Positions 11,410 to 26,019 of a stretch of 64,000 bases of DNA are shown here, in pieces. The DNA lies in NCBI GenBank assembly GCA_010356995.1, contig ML996702.1, positions 186,001-250,000 on the forward strand, given 5' to 3'. The notes beneath the pieces are model-generated. The model saw nothing but the letters and a program-made list of their open reading frames with translations. It was not told the DNA's origin and searched no databases. The position numbers and the translations under genes were made by a program. Position 1 is the first letter of the stretch, and every line of letters begins with the position of its first letter. This stretch comes from Trichodelitschia bisporula. Lineage: Eukaryota.

Positions 11410-12465
11410 ATGCGTACCCCGCCGCCGGAAGTCATCGCGAGGTGGCCGAGGCCGAATTATGAGGACCCTGAGACGGTGGGGCCGGAGTTGACGATGGTGG
11501 GAGCGGTGTTTTTGGCGGCGGCGGCGGTGAGCGTTGCGTTGAGGGTGTGGACGAGGTTGAGGGTTACGAAGTGGTTTGGGTGGGATGATGCGTTGGTGTG
11601 CTTGGGTCTGATATTCAGCATTGGAGTCAATGTTGTCTTCAACCTGGGCGTATCGCAGTACAAATGGGCTCGACACATCTGGGATATCCCGCCCATGAAC
11701 ACTCAAGGTCAGTTAAAACGAAGCAGCGAGCGAACTGAACTGATGATACTAGCCCCCATGAAGCTCTCCTTCGCGCTCAAGCTCCTCTTTCTCCTCGCCT
11801 CGTCCTCAATCCACCTCTCCCTCCTCGCATTCTACTACCGCCTCTTCGGCAAGCATCTCTTTACCCGCCTCCGCTACCTCCTCCACGCAACCGTCCTCGC
11901 CCTCCTCTCCATGACCATAATCTTCTTCTTCCTCTTCATCTTCCAATGCCACCCCATAAGCGCATACTGGACCTTTGCTCCCGCCTCCTGCCTCGACGAA
12001 GAAGCCATCGTCAGCGTCTACGGCATCGTCAAAACCCTCTTCGACTTCCTCATAACCTCCCTCCCCATCCCCGTCATCCTCCGCCTCGAAATGCCCCCCT
12101 GGCGCCGCTACGCCGTCGCCCTTCTCCTCGGCCTCGGCTACCTCGTCACCATCGCCGGCATCGTGCGCACATATTACACCTGGCAGGCACTCCACACACC
12201 GGACTACGACCTGAGTTGGTACCAAGGGATCAGCGTCATCGCCAGCGCCGTCGAAAATGACCTCGCCATCATAACCGCCTGTGTGCCTACCATCCGGCCC
12301 CTCGTTCGCAAGGCCCTACACCCGCTGCTCAGCTCGCTGTCGCCGCGCGAGCATATGAAATCGTCCGCCGAGGCTGTGTTTCTCGAGGGCCCGATTCGTG
12401 CCTCAGAGCGTATGGCCCCAAGGCGGGGGAGCTTGCCGGACGAGGATGGCGATGCGGCGGTGTGA
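11410..12465 (+). CDS. PTH11-like (fungal rhodopsin-domain) integral membrane protein without CFEM
   Basis: join(11410..11707,11753..12465). N-terminus MRTPPPEVIARWPRPNYEDPET; motifs LRVWTR..FGWDD, RHIWDIP, FQCHPISAYW, DFLITSLPIP, AIITACVPTIRP; about 7 hydrophobic helices. Confidence 0.88.
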   Translation: MRTPPPEVIARWPRPNYEDPETVGPELTMVGAVFLAAAAVSVALRVWTRLRVTKWFGWDDALVCLGLIFSIGVNVVFNLGVSQYKWARHIWDIPPMNTQGQLKRSSERTELMILAPMKLSFALKLLFLLASSSIHLSLLAFYYRLFGKHLFTRLRYLLHATVLALLSMTIIFFFLFIFQCHPISAYWTFAPASCLDEEAIVSVYGIVKTLFDFLITSLPIPVILRLEMPPWRRYAVALLLGLGYLVTIAGIVRTYYTWQALHTPDYDLSWYQGISVIASAVENDLAIITACVPTIRPLVRKALHPLLSSLSPREHMKSSAEAVFLEGPIRASERMAPRRGSLPDEDGDAAV

Positions 12466-13082
12466 CGGGCGGGTGATGGGACGCCAAGGGGGCGGCTGGG
12501 TGGATTTCCTTTTCGGCATGGGGCTGGGCATGGGGCGGCGTTTGAGAGAATATTCGCATTTGCCGGTGCTTGGATTTTGATGCATTTTTAGCGGGTGGGA
12601 TGGGCTGCATTGCTGCTTTCAGTGCGGCATCGTATTTGACGACATATACAGTGGTAGCTTCTCTTAGAACGCGAATTCTGACACGGCTGTTCGCCGGTTT
12701 TATTCTTTCACTTCGAGGATGCCGATTCCCGTGATCGCTAACTCCTGCATACAGCCTCGCGCCACGGCGCCATGTTGCGGCGGAGATGCAACTTTGAGCG
12801 TTTAGTGGAGATGGAACGGGGTCTCGGGAGCGAGGGGAAACGGAGAAAAGTCCGAATGAGCTGTGATTTGAAGTTGGTTGGCCGGGAGGAAGCCGGTGGC
12901 GTAAATATCTCGCTTGAGGCGTTGCATTTCGACTTTCTGGGCCGATGGATCACTGAGGCGCCCCGAGCAATCCGAGCATAGCACATCGGGGGAGAAAGCG
13001 GAGACGACCTTCAGTTCTTGGGTCCGAGACCACTGCTGGCGATTCTTCTGAGACGAGACCTCGCTGAACCGATTCTCGTTCG

Positions 13083-15106
<2,024 letters not shown>

Positions 15107-15983
15107 ATGCCTCCGAATCTCAACCCCAACATTCAGGTCCTCGACCTTAACTACCAGTTCCCAGACGGGAGCACAGGGTTACACAATGTGCGCCTCGACC
15201 TACCAGCCGGCAGCCGCACGCTGCTAATCGGGGGTTTGGCACCCCGTTCCGCACGGGCCCGGCTAACACTATGCTGCAGCGAACGGCGCGGGCAAGACGA
15301 CGCTCCTGCGCTTGCTAAGTGGCAAACGCATGGCTCCCGGCGGAACGGTGAAAATCGGCGGTGTGGACCCGTTCACGCACTCCCTGGAGGGCGTAACCTA
15401 CCTCGGTGTCGAGTGGGTGCTGAATCCGATCGTGCGCACCGACATCGACGTCCCCACCCTCCTCAAGTCTGTGGGCGGCGACGCATTTCCCGAGCGCCGC
15501 GACGAGCTGTTGCATGTACTGGACATTGATACCGCGTGGCGGATGCACGCGGTGAGCGACGGGGAGCGGCGGCGCGTGCAGCTGGCAATGGGGCTGTTGA
15601 GGCCGTGGACCGTGCTTTTGCTGGACGAGATCACGGTGGATTTGGATCTGCTGTCCCGGTGGGAGTTTCTGGCATTCTTGAGGCGGGAGACGGAGAGGCG
15701 CGCCTGTACGATTGTGTATGCGACGCATATACTGGATAACTTGGCGATGTGGCCGACGCACCTGGTGCATATGGGCCTGGGGCGGGTGAAGAAGGCGGGG
15801 AGTATGGAGGAGCTGGAGGTTGAGAAGGAGGTGCCGCAGACGGGGAATAGTGCGCTGGGGGAGATGGTTATGAAGTGGTTGAGGGAGGATTTGGTGGAGA
15901 GGGGTCCGCGGAGGGGCGGAGAGGAGAAGACGTACGCGGAGGAGGGGATTGGAGGGTATGGATATGAGAAGCTGCCGCAGTAG
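15107..15983 (+). CDS. CAF16: Soluble single-domain ABC ATPase, CCR4-associated factor 16-like
   Basis: join(15107..15233,15280..15983). Walker A GANGAGKTT is formed across the intron; family signature WRMHAVSDGERRRVQL, Walker B LLLDEITVDLD, YATHILD. No transmembrane domain. Confidence 0.9.
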
Positions 15984-16157
15984 ACTGCATTTGGTGATAG
16001 CATGATAGACCATGGCCTCAACGCCTATAGATCAAAAGTAATTCAACTTCTGATATCTCCGAATCCGAAACTTCCCCATTGGGCTGTGACGACAAGGATG
16101 TAACGACACTTCACGATAGAACCAGTCCAACAACCACCATGACACCAAACTTCAGCC

Positions 16158-17339
16158 ATGGACCGAATAAACATCCATATCCGAGGTATCTTCCCCCATC
16201 TCCCCTATCACGTCCAACTGCTAACCCCACAGACCTAATTACGAGCTATCAAGAGCTCAACCCGTCCACAATCCCCGAGCTGTCCGACCCCCCAAGCGCC
16301 CTCGAATTCATGCGCTATGCCGCAACCAACCGTCCATTCATTCTCCGCAACGGCGCAGCCGACTTCCCCGCAGTCCAGAAGTGGAATGCCGCATACCTAC
16401 GTGAGGTCATGAACGATGCGCCAGTCAACGTCGCCATCAGCGCGGCCGGGTGCGTCGTGCGCTCCCCAACCGCCCCTAACCCGCCTAACATTATAGGGAC
16501 GCCGATTCCGTGCTCGAGCGGCCCGACGGGGAACTCTGGTTTATAAAACCATGCGAGGTGTCGGCTCCATTCGGCGCCGTGTTAGATGCGATCCAGCTGC
16601 AGGAGCAAGACGCAGGACACACAGGCCCAGTCCTCTACGCCCAAACCCAAAACGACAACCTGAGGAACGAATACGCGCCTCTATATGCCGACATCCCTCC
16701 CACAATCCCCTTCGCGCGCATCGCCCTCCAACGCCCCCCCGACGCAATCAACTTCTGGCTCGGGAGCGCCAGGTCCCGAACAGCCCTTCACCGCGACCCA
16801 TACGAAAACATATACGTCCAGGTCCTAGGCACCAAGACATTCACTCTCCTCCCGCCCACCGAAGCACCCTGCGTCAACGAGCAGCGCCTGCGCGCCGGGA
16901 CGTATGTCCCCGCCGCCGAGACCCAGGCCGAGCACGAGGCCGAGGGCCCCCCGGCCGCTGTATACCCCACGCTCGACTCCCCCCCCGCGTCCATCCCATT
17001 CCCGACCTGGGACCCAGATAACCCCGCGGTACGGCCCTCGCCCTACTCGCACCTAGCCTGGCCCATCCGCCTCATGCTTCGTCCAGGCGACATGCTCTAC
17101 CTCCCAGCGTTGTGGTACCACGCCGTCGCACAGGGGAACGGGAACGAGGGCATCAGCTGCTCGGTCAATTACTGGTATCCACTCCCCTTGCTTCCCTCCC
17201 CCCCGGACGCTGACAGCACAGGTACGACATGGACTACAGTGGTGCGTTTTACTCGCTCAGCGGTTTTGCACGGGGTGTTGGGCTCGCGAGTATGGGGCGG
17301 GAGGAGGATGGAGGTTTTATAGATGCACCGGCTACATAG
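16158..17339 (+). CDS. JmjC/cupin-8 2OG-Fe(II) oxygenase, JMJD7-like
   Basis: join(16158..16185,16233..16449,16497..17174,17222..17339), three 47-nt introns. Motifs PSALEFMRY..NRPF, YAQTQNDNL, NFWLG, TALHRDPYENIY (HxD), GDMLYLPALWYHAV, VNYWYDMDY. The start codon is slightly uncertain. Confidence 0.88.
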
Positions 17340-17849
17340 CGGAAGCATGATCAATCCCGTACTGTGGTACCATAATGGGACCAACGGACCTTCATGTGCA
17401 ACAGGTGACTGAAACCTGAAGAGTGAAATAGAAACGAGGAGAGAAAGAGAGGAAAAGACTCTCGAGACTAGTTACGTGATGCCAAGTATCCTCCTGAATT
17501 ATGCTCCTGCCTCCCATCATGCGCACAGTACATCATGTTCCTTCCCAAGAGTAATATGCTCTTTCCTTCCATATTAATGCTCCTGCCTTGCTTACATCAT
17601 ACCACGCCACAGCGCATGGTTACGGGGGAGAGGGCATCAACTGCTCCATGAATCACTGGGAACTCACTTCCCATCCTTGCCGTCTCCCGACCCCCACGAT
17701 GCTGACGACATAAATAGTATGTACGACATGGATTGCACGGGATCGTTCTACGCGCTCAGCCGCTTCGCCAGCAATATCGGACTCGCAAGCATAGGGCGGA
17801 ACGAGTCCGCGGATTATTAGATACATGTACATAGCCACCCCCAGCAAGC

Positions 17850-19601
17850 TCAACCCCTTACACTCTCCCACACACTCCTCCCCACCGCAAACGGCAATTT
17901 CCTCCCCCTAAGCCTCTGATCCACCAGCCACATCCCAACCACAAACTCCTCGCGCCCCAACCCCCGCGCCCCAGGCCGCGCCACAAGGTCCCACACCCTG
18001 CCCAACTCCTCCGCACCCAATCTACTTCTCCCCCAAATCTCCCTTACAACAAGGTTAAGCACCTCCCCCTCTTTCTCCACGGCCGATGCATCCCGCCCCC
18101 ACCCCACCCCCCGATTCACAGCCCAAACACCCTCGTACCTCCGCTGTTCCTCGGGGCGCACAACGTCCGCGTACCGCCTCCTCGTGCCCTCGCTGTGCTT
18201 ATTCGGTGCGCGAAGTCGATGCTTCCGACTGCGCTTTGCATCATCCCCAGAAGACTCAGAACTCGATCTGTGGCGCAGCGTGGGGAGCAAGTGCGGAGGC
18301 GGCGGGGAGGGGCGCTGCCGGGAAGCGTCGGGATTAGCCCGCGTAAGCGCCTTACTCGGCTCGAGGGCGCGCTCGCGAGCGGGACTGGGCGAGTGCCGGT
18401 GTATACTCAGGTGCCGATGCCGCGGGGGTGCGTCGCCGGTGCGGGTCGCTGTAAGGGCTGCGGCGGCGGTGCTTGCGCTGATGGCGCCGGCGAGGGCTGG
18501 GTTCGGGTTAATACTGCGGCGTGGCGGTGGGGGTTGAGGAGCGGACGGGGTGGGACTGATTGTTGTGAGGCGCCTGTTGGTTGAGGGAGGCTCGCTGGTT
18601 GTGGGAGGCTGGGCGGTGCGCCGGGGTTGAGGCTTCGGAGGAGGGTTGTTGATTTGCGGTGCCGAAGGTGCGGGCGAAGGAGAGGGTTGTTGTGCTCTGG
18701 GGGCGGGAGGGAGAGGCTGCGTTGGTTGCTGCTGGGTCGAGGACGGGGTGAGTCGGGGAGGCATATTAGGCGGCGGAGAGGGGGCATGGTTCAGGTTTGA
18801 TGGGGGAGGAGAGGAGATTCGAGTTGACGGAGAACTAGGTAGTGATGTCGGGACCGTTGCAGGCGGAGGGACTTGCGTTCTCGGACGTGGCTTCGGCGGC
18901 GGACTCGTAGCTTCGACTTCTCGCTCGATGACGGTCAGGTTCGCAGGTTTCGGTTTCGGTTTCGGCGACAGCGTAGGTGTACCCGTAGGCGTAGGTGACG
19001 ATATATCAATGGCGACAGAAGGTTTCGGCGCACGCGGCGGCGGAGGCTTAGTCGCCGGCTCCTGCTTAACGTGCCATCCCTCCCCTCTCAACATCTCCCC
19101 CTCTCTCCCCTTCTCCACCGGCTCCTTCCTCGCCGCAATATTCGCCGCCGCACTCGCCGCCGCGCTTTCCGCCCGGCCCCCCATCCTCCCCGCCGCCCTC
19201 GCCGTCTCCCTCCCTCTCTCGGCCGCCAATCCCGCAGCTAGCATCTCCGGGCTCTTGACCATCCCAGGCAGCGCCCTTCTCCCAGTATCCCCTCCTCTAG
19301 ACACACTCTCCTCCCTCACCCTCCCGCCAGCGGCCAAACCCGCCGCAATCCGCTCCGGGCGCGCCAAACCAGGCAACGCCCTCAGCGCAGGATTCTCCCC
19401 TTTCATACCATTCCCAGTCCCCGCCTTCACACTATTATTCCCCGTATTCCGCGCAGCCAGCATCGCAGCTGTATGCGCCCCGTTTCCAGCTCCGGATCCA
19501 GCTCCGGCCGCGGCGCCGGGACTTAGGGCGCGGGCGAGGGAGCGGGGTGACGAGACACGGGGGCGGCGGGGAGGGGAGGATGAGGGCGAGGGGGCGCGCA
19601 T
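17850..19601 (-). CDS. IRS4: Proline-rich protein with C-terminal EH domain (Irs4/Tax4-like)
   Basis: Single 583-aa ORF. The C-terminus has KHSEGTRRRY..RRYEGVWAVNRG..VLNLVVREIWGRSRL..LGRVWDLV..LGREEFVVGMWLVDQRLRGRKLP..VWESV, typical of the fungal Irs4 family. Confidence 0.75.
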   Translation of the reverse strand: MRAPSPSSSPPRRPRVSSPRSLARALSPGAAAGAGSGAGNGAHTAAMLAARNTGNNSVKAGTGNGMKGENPALRALPGLARPERIAAGLAAGGRVREESVSRGGDTGRRALPGMVKSPEMLAAGLAAERGRETARAAGRMGGRAESAAASAAANIAARKEPVEKGREGEMLRGEGWHVKQEPATKPPPPRAPKPSVAIDISSPTPTGTPTLSPKPKPKPANLTVIEREVEATSPPPKPRPRTQVPPPATVPTSLPSSPSTRISSPPPSNLNHAPSPPPNMPPRLTPSSTQQQPTQPLPPAPRAQQPSPSPAPSAPQINNPPPKPQPRRTAQPPTTSEPPSTNRRLTTISPTPSAPQPPPPRRSINPNPALAGAISASTAAAALTATRTGDAPPRHRHLSIHRHSPSPARERALEPSKALTRANPDASRQRPSPPPPHLLPTLRHRSSSESSGDDAKRSRKHRLRAPNKHSEGTRRRYADVVRPEEQRRYEGVWAVNRGVGWGRDASAVEKEGEVLNLVVREIWGRSRLGAEELGRVWDLVARPGARGLGREEFVVGMWLVDQRLRGRKLPFAVGRSVWESVRG

Positions 19602-19854
19602 CGTGCTATCGCCGGTCGGGGTGCGGGCATGAGGGTGTGGTTACAGAGGATTGAGTGCGAGAGCGGACGTGAAGGTGAAGTTAGGGAGGAGGACGTGGGA
19701 GGTCTATGCGTCAGCGAGTACGGACGGGCGTGGAAGGCTGACGCGCCGCGCCGCGCCGCGTGTGGCGCAGGTGGGTGTGGCTGGGGGCCTCGGGCGTGTC
19801 ACGGGACGACGATATCGAGACCCACATCAAGCTCGACAGCTCAACGGGCAAGGG

Positions 19855-20067
19855 TCCAAGGGACCCTCATAAAAGTCATGTCCCTCCCTCCCGGCTTTTG
19901 CTAGAGGCCCTCGACGAATTCCCGACACGACTTTTTTGCCTAGCCGTGGGTCCAAGGGGTCTCTCAGGGACCAGGGGCTACCCGAAAAAGTCTTGTCCCC
20001 TCTCACCAAAATTTGGCAGACGTCTAGTTCGCCGGTGTGGACATGACTTTTTCAATGAGCCCTTGGA
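19855..20067. mobile_element. Candidate ~210-bp MITE-like element with imperfect terminal inverted repeats
   Basis: Left arm tccaagggaccctcataaaagtcatgtcc (19855-19883) versus reverse complement of the right arm tccaagggctcattgaaaaagtcatgtcc (20039-20067). Two further internal copies of the core at 19924 (rev) and 19985 (fwd). No clear target-site duplication. Confidence 0.45.
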
Positions 20068-20541
20068 GCTGTAGCTCAAGTAGCGGGTAGTCACCAACCT
20101 GGCTGCCCAGCACCAACCTGAAGAAGCCCAGGCGATAACCTGTATTACAAGAACCGTGATATCTAACCCGCCATCTACAGCCACCACACCTGGTACACTG
20201 AAACACGCCCTTCCCCACAATCACCTTCATCTACCCAGTCTATCGTCTATCCCACCCAACCCAATCGACAATCCGCACACGCGAAAAGGTATCCCCACCG
20301 CAAAAAATGCCACGCCTCAACCCCAGCCAAGACGCACACAACACCTATCGACACACCTCACCAATCGTACAAGCAGCTTGCAGGAAAAGCACCGAGCGCA
20401 CTGGCGCGCTCAATTCAATCGCTTACATCTCGTTCTATCTAGACACTGGCCGAAAGCCGTGCAGTAAGAACGAGATTAAGGGGGCGGTTGGTCTCAGCAG
20501 ATGGCATATAACCGAAGGAAGGCCTGGGACGCGCTCTGCGT

Positions 20542-22378
20542 TCACTCGCGCGAGACATCACGGCCAAACATCTTAGCCTTGACCCAGTCCATGATAACGA
20601 GGATGCGGTTGCGAGCTAGCATGGTCAGCACTCATTCAAACCCTCAAAATCAGAAAAACTCACTAGAGAAGCACATGCTCAAGTAGGCCGAGCGCCAGAA
20701 GAAGTACGTAAGAGTACCTCCCGTCGCCAGGTTGCCCGTCAGCCACGAAATGTCGGCGACCGCCTTCTCCGACCCAATGTACGCAAGACTGCCCTGGTGG
20801 GAGTACTCAAAGGGCCCCATCTGCTTGACGCGGCGTAGGCGCTTCTGGTTCTCCTTGATCTGATGAAAGACGGCGTCGCGGGCTTCCTTGGTAGGGGCCT
20901 TCTCCTGCTCGTCGGAGAGCTTCTGGAGCTCCTGCTCGATCACATCGGACTTGCCCATTTGGTTGAACAGCCGGGCCAGGAAGGCGCCCTCCTGGGAGGC
21001 CACTTGCGCGGTGGGGGCGTAGTTCGCAACGGCGCAGTCGCCGACGGCCCAGATGTTCTCGGTACCCTTGACGACGAGGAACTCATTGACCGCGAGGCCA
21101 CGGCGGGAGTCCTTCTGCGCGGGAATCTGTCCCATCAGGTCCTTCACGACCGGACGCACGGCGTTGCCAGTAGCCCAGACGAGCAGGCCGTACGGGATTT
21201 GTTCCAGCCTCTTCTTGCCGTCCGGTCCCGCGGACTCAGCCTCGATGTACTTATCCGAGACATTCTTTACCATGGTCTTCGTCCGGATCGTAATCTTCTC
21301 CTCACTGAAAGTCTTCTCAGTGTACTCAATCAACTGCTTAGAGAACATGGGGAGGACGTTGGGCAGCGCCTCCACCAGCGTCACGTGGAAGTTGTCGGCG
21401 ATCTCAGGAATCCACTTGCGCAGATCGTTCTCAAAGAAATCCTGGAGCTCGCCGGCGAACTCGACGCCGGTGGGGCCACCACCCACAACCACCATGTGCA
21501 GGAGCCGCTTGATCTCGTCAGGATGCTGGTCCTTGAAGGTTGCGGTTTCACAGCAGTCCATGATGCGACGGCGGATGTTCTGCGCATCGCCAACTTCCTT
21601 GAGGAAAAGGCCATGCTCACGGACACCGGGGATACCTGAAGGTATTAGAATTGGCCATACCGAGTGTTTTGGCACTCACCGAAGGTGGCATTCTCGGCAC
21701 CGACACCTACAACCAGCATGTCGAAGGGTACCTCGGTGGCGGCCACGTCACCCTTGATCTCGGAGTCGTCGTGGATGTACACGACCTTCTTCTCATAGTC
21801 GATCTTGGTGCACTCCGCCTCGTAGAACTTGACCGCAGTCTTCTTATGACGGAGGAAGTTGCGCACCGGCTCCATGATAGAGCGATGCTCGATCGTGCCC
21901 GTAGTGCACGAAGGCAACAACGGCGTGAACAGGAAGTAGTTGCGCGGCGAAACCACAATCACATTATAATGCTCCGTGTCCAGTTTCTTGAGCAGCGAGA
22001 CCGAGCCCCAGCCAGTCCCTAAACTCATTAGCAACTCCACTGTCGCCTTCAGCCTACACACGTACCGAGGATGACAAGCGTCTTCTTAGACGCATCGGGC
22101 TCCATCTGCTCAGGCGGATTGCGCATTTCGTACACGCCATAGCCGACGTACGCCAGACCACCGACCGCGGAGAGATACGTAAGGCGCCACGACCACTTGA
22201 GCAAGCTGCGGAAGGCTCCCCGCTTGGGCTTCAGCGGCGCAGAGGTTGCGGGCTTGCTGGTCGCATCGGCGTAGGCGCGACGCTGGAAGGTGTGTTGCTG
22301 GACGCGACGCAGAACCGTTGGACGGCTTGTGACAAGGCGCGAGCGCGCCAATTGCGCTATTCTCGAGGTAGACGCCAT
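20542..22378 (-). CDS. NDE1: External alternative (type II) NADH:ubiquinone oxidoreductase, mitochondrial
   Basis: complement(join(20542..20615,20664..21635,21680..22018,22066..22378)). Motifs LVILGTGWGS, SPRNYFLFTPLLPS, VVVGGGPTGVEFAGEL, WAVGDC, APTAQVASQEG, HQGSLAYIG, FWRSAYL, FGRDVSRE. Confidence 0.95.
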
Positions 22379-23847
22379 GATGGTTGTGTTGCTGTGCTAG
22401 TTTGTGAGGGTGAGGGCAAGAGGGTGGAGGAAGAGGGTTCTGCCCCGATGACGCAGCGGTCGGCGGAGATTGCTGTCCCTGGACCTTGCTTTGCGCTGGC
22501 TGGTAGGGCGACCTCGGAGAGTTGGCAGAATGTGGAGACGGGTGAGAGAGAGTGCGAAATCGCGCGTGCTAAATTGGAGGTCGAAGGTGTGAGCTGTTAA
22601 GAAATTTTGTTGTCAGAAGGCGAGCATTTGTGATGACAGAGAAGAGAAAGTTGAACTGCTCAAGGAACTTTGTAGGGGCCAGGAAACGGCGATAAGCTTG
22701 TGCAGCTCTTGGGGATCAACCAATCGATAAGCCGCTCAGCAAGCACGGCGACAAGGGAGGAGAGACTGCAAGGAAAAAGCAGTCGGATAGGATGAAAAGA
22801 CTTACAGCGATTTGCGCAAGCAATTGAGAGGCGGAGGCGAGATGGGATGAGATGTAAGAAGAGAACAGTCACAACAACAGAAATATCTTCACCTAAAAAT
22901 CTTGCCCCTTCCCGTCACCGGGCCCCCACTCAAATTCCACCCCACAATAGAGGTGTGCTTGTAGGGCTGCGGCTAATAGCGCCTCTAAACAATCGGACTT
23001 GACCGTGACACAGCTGCGGTTTTTAATAGCACGCGCCCATACCGCTCTCGAAGCAGCTATGGAGGTGCGGAAAAAGGCCTCGCCCAGTCCCAGCTGCCCA
23101 CACATGAGGCAATCAAATCGTTCGTGATGAGCTGCGTGTTGTGCATGACCCCGCGCGGGATCTCTCAGCATCTTCTCAGCGTGGGATGGAATCACAAGCC
23201 ACGCGCTACGCAAGCGTTGAATCTTTTTTTTTCTTCCGTCCTAACTCCCGTCCCAACTACTGATGCTAATTGCCCGCGCTACTCATAGTCTGTCTGCTAG
23301 AGCAAAAGGCCAACGATGTCGTTTTGGTCACTCAGTCTCGACTTCGCGAGCACGGCCCACCAGCATATCATTATCGTGGCCTAGACACACAAGATACGTA
23401 TTTCACCGAGGACGTCGAAATAGGAACGGGACATGACGACAACGCGCGGAACGCGCCCGACAGCGCGGCTCCGATCTCCCAAGCCTCATGTGAACATGGA
23501 CATCCATGCCCCGGGCAAAGTCGGGCCTCCAGGCCTCCAGACGCATTCTAGTTCTACATAGCACTCTGCGCCTGCTTGCCTTCATAGTAGTACATCGCGC
23601 CCCTCGGGGCTTTTAGGAACAGCGAATACAGCGTGCGGAGCCGCCGTATGAGCATGTTCAGAACGTCTCCGATCACACCCTCCACTACCTGTGTCGCAAT
23701 CGTCATTTCCACCTTCAACCAGCTCATCCACCGAGCCTCGGCCCGCATTAGAGCCCAAGCCGAGAGCCGCACCGACTCGCGCTCGGCAGCCTTATACGTA
23801 ACAGCCAAGTCGAGTTCCCAGATGTAACAGCCAAGTCAAGTCGAGTC

Positions 23848-25102
23848 CTAGAGCTTCCCCTTAATCCTCTCGTCCTCCGTCCTACCTCCCGCCTTCTCCC
23901 CCTCAGCCTTGTCTCCCTCCCCCTTCCCCACCGTCTTCACATCCTTCTTCCCCCGCGCCGCAAACGCCGTCGTAACCGCCACACCCGGCGGCATCCTCAA
24001 CAACCCATCCTGCACACACGTCGCAACATGCACCCCGTCCTCACGCCACAGCTTATAATTCGTCATCGCGCGCCCATGCGCAATCCGCGTCACCTCGATC
24101 TCATGCAAGAACCAATACGGCTTCCCCGTCGGGCCGATCATGTTCAACCCATCAGCCTCGACGTGCAGGATGACGGTGTGGCTCAGGCTCGCAATCGCCT
24201 GGTACTGGTCACCGAGGTCGAGGAAGTTAGGTATCTAGGCGCGTTAGCCATGGCAAGTGTATGCGGAGAGGGGGTGCGAACTGGGAATAGCCCATTGCGG
24301 TCGCTGGCGTACAAATGCGCACACGCATGCAAATTTGGCTGTTCCTTCACTGGCGGCATATCGCCAATGATGCTGTAGTACTGCAGCTGGCGCTTTTCAA
24401 GTGTCGCCTTGCCTTCGTTGTACGCGCTCATATCGACCTTACGACTCTGAAGCCCAGGAAACGGATCGATATACCCGCGCTCCCTCTCCGTCGTCCAATA
24501 ACTGCCCTGCCGTTAGCCTCGCCCACATCCACACAGTGAACAACTTACTACGGTGAATCTACACCCGGCGCCTCAGGCCAGTCCTCCGGCCGCTTGCCGT
24601 CTAGCACAGCTTTATACTTCGCCCTCAAATCCCCCTCATGCTGGCGATCATTGTACGTCGGCTCCGGCCGCTTAAACGAGCATATCGCCGTGAAACAGAC
24701 CCCCTTCTCCAAATCCGGCTCCTGCCATACATCCACTTGGCGCTGGCAATAACTCCCGCCCTGCCGCACGTTGCGCACCCGGTACACGAATGGCCGGCTC
24801 GTGTCGCCCTGCAGCGTGAACCACCCCGTGATGCTCTATTCCCCCCGTGTTAGCCCGATCCCCCCTCAGTATGAAAGGGACCTACACACGTGCAAACAAA
24901 ATCCTTTCCCCACCGTCTGCGCCGCTGCCCACGCCGCTTGCGCGTACACGTGCCCGCCATACGCGCGCGTGTTCGACCCGGGACTGAAGGCGGGGCTGCA
25001 ACTACGGAAAGTATCCTCCGTACCCTCTACGCGCTCAAGTTGTAACATTTCCGCGAAGGGCGTGTAGGCGTTGCCGTTCAGCCATTTGCCGGGGGGAGAC
25101 AT
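23848..25102 (-). CDS. Acyl-CoA thioesterase II (TesB/TES1/ACOT8 family, double hotdog)
   Basis: complement(join(23848..24234,24282..24501,24549..24835,24890..25102)). Motifs AYGGHVYAQAAWAAA, LHSITGWF, VRQGGSY, HACAHLYASDRNGL, IASLSHTVILH, HVATCVQDGLLR. Ends in GKL, a PTS1-like tripeptide. Confidence 0.9.
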
Positions 25103-26019
25103 GGCGCCGGTGTCGCACGCGGGGAGACGGAGGTGGGGGATGTCGCGGGGGAGTTGTCGAGTGGGTGTTAGGCGGCGAACACGATGGAAGGCCAATCTCC
25201 CAAAGCTTTGTTGTCGCTCTTCAATGTTTGGTATACCGTGTGGTGTTGCGGAGTGTATTGCAGAGTGCATCGAGCGCGGCGTTGCGCGTCACCTCCGCCC
25301 GCAGCCTGCGGCCGCACCCCCGCCCGCGGCTAGCCGAGCCGAAAGCCTAGGCTAGCGGGGCCGAGCGCGGGCACGTCCGCTCCGCATACCGGGAGACAGG
25401 AACTCGCGAACGGGCTTGGAGCTCGAGATTGCTGCCAGATTCGGCTGCGAGGGCGCAATTGGTATGGATTGGGGTATCCTGTCTCGAGGGAAGCGGGATA
25501 CATGGGTGAAGTGAAAAGGTGGTGTTGCATGTCGTCGGAGTGGAGCCGGGTGGCACATGTCACGCTAGCAGCGCAAGGCTGGCTGACTTCGCGCTTCGCA
25601 ACGTCGAACTCACATGTCTACACATAGCACCACACGTCAAGATGCGTCCTACGGTAGAACCCATCCTGTTACGGTACAGTAACCATGAAGTCAATCTACC
25701 TCCGCCTCGACCCTAACCCACACGATCTCACCCCAAACCCATCAACCTGTGATCTCCGCAAAGGGAAGGCTGGCAACTTCACAGTCACAGCAATGCGAAA
25801 CCGCCTCAGTAAACTCGAACCCAGCACCACAGTGCTCCGGCTTGAGTTTAAAGCGAAGGACGGGCTTACTTCTCTCAGAGTCCCCAAATATCACAACGAT
25901 GCGGGCCGAAGGTTGTGAGCTTTTGACATCAAATGGATTGAGAGGGCATTGAGAAACGCAAAAACAATATCACTTACTAAGGGAAGGGCTATCTTCCCAT
26001 GCCTCCATTTTCTTCTCCT

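Noticed and set aside
15315..21757. Long antisense or alternative-frame ORFs over CAF16, IRS4 and NDE1 (e.g. 15315-16013, 18646-19632, 20863-21639), and similarly over DAK1 and ZNFX1
   Set aside because: Shadow ORFs expected from high GC and strong codon bias of the real genes; no recognisable domains.
23554..23850. 84-codon minus-strand ORF after TES1 and a gtaacagccaagtc direct repeat
   Set aside because: Non-ATG start, lies in the probable 3' UTR, no recognisable domain; the repeat is a trivial local duplication.
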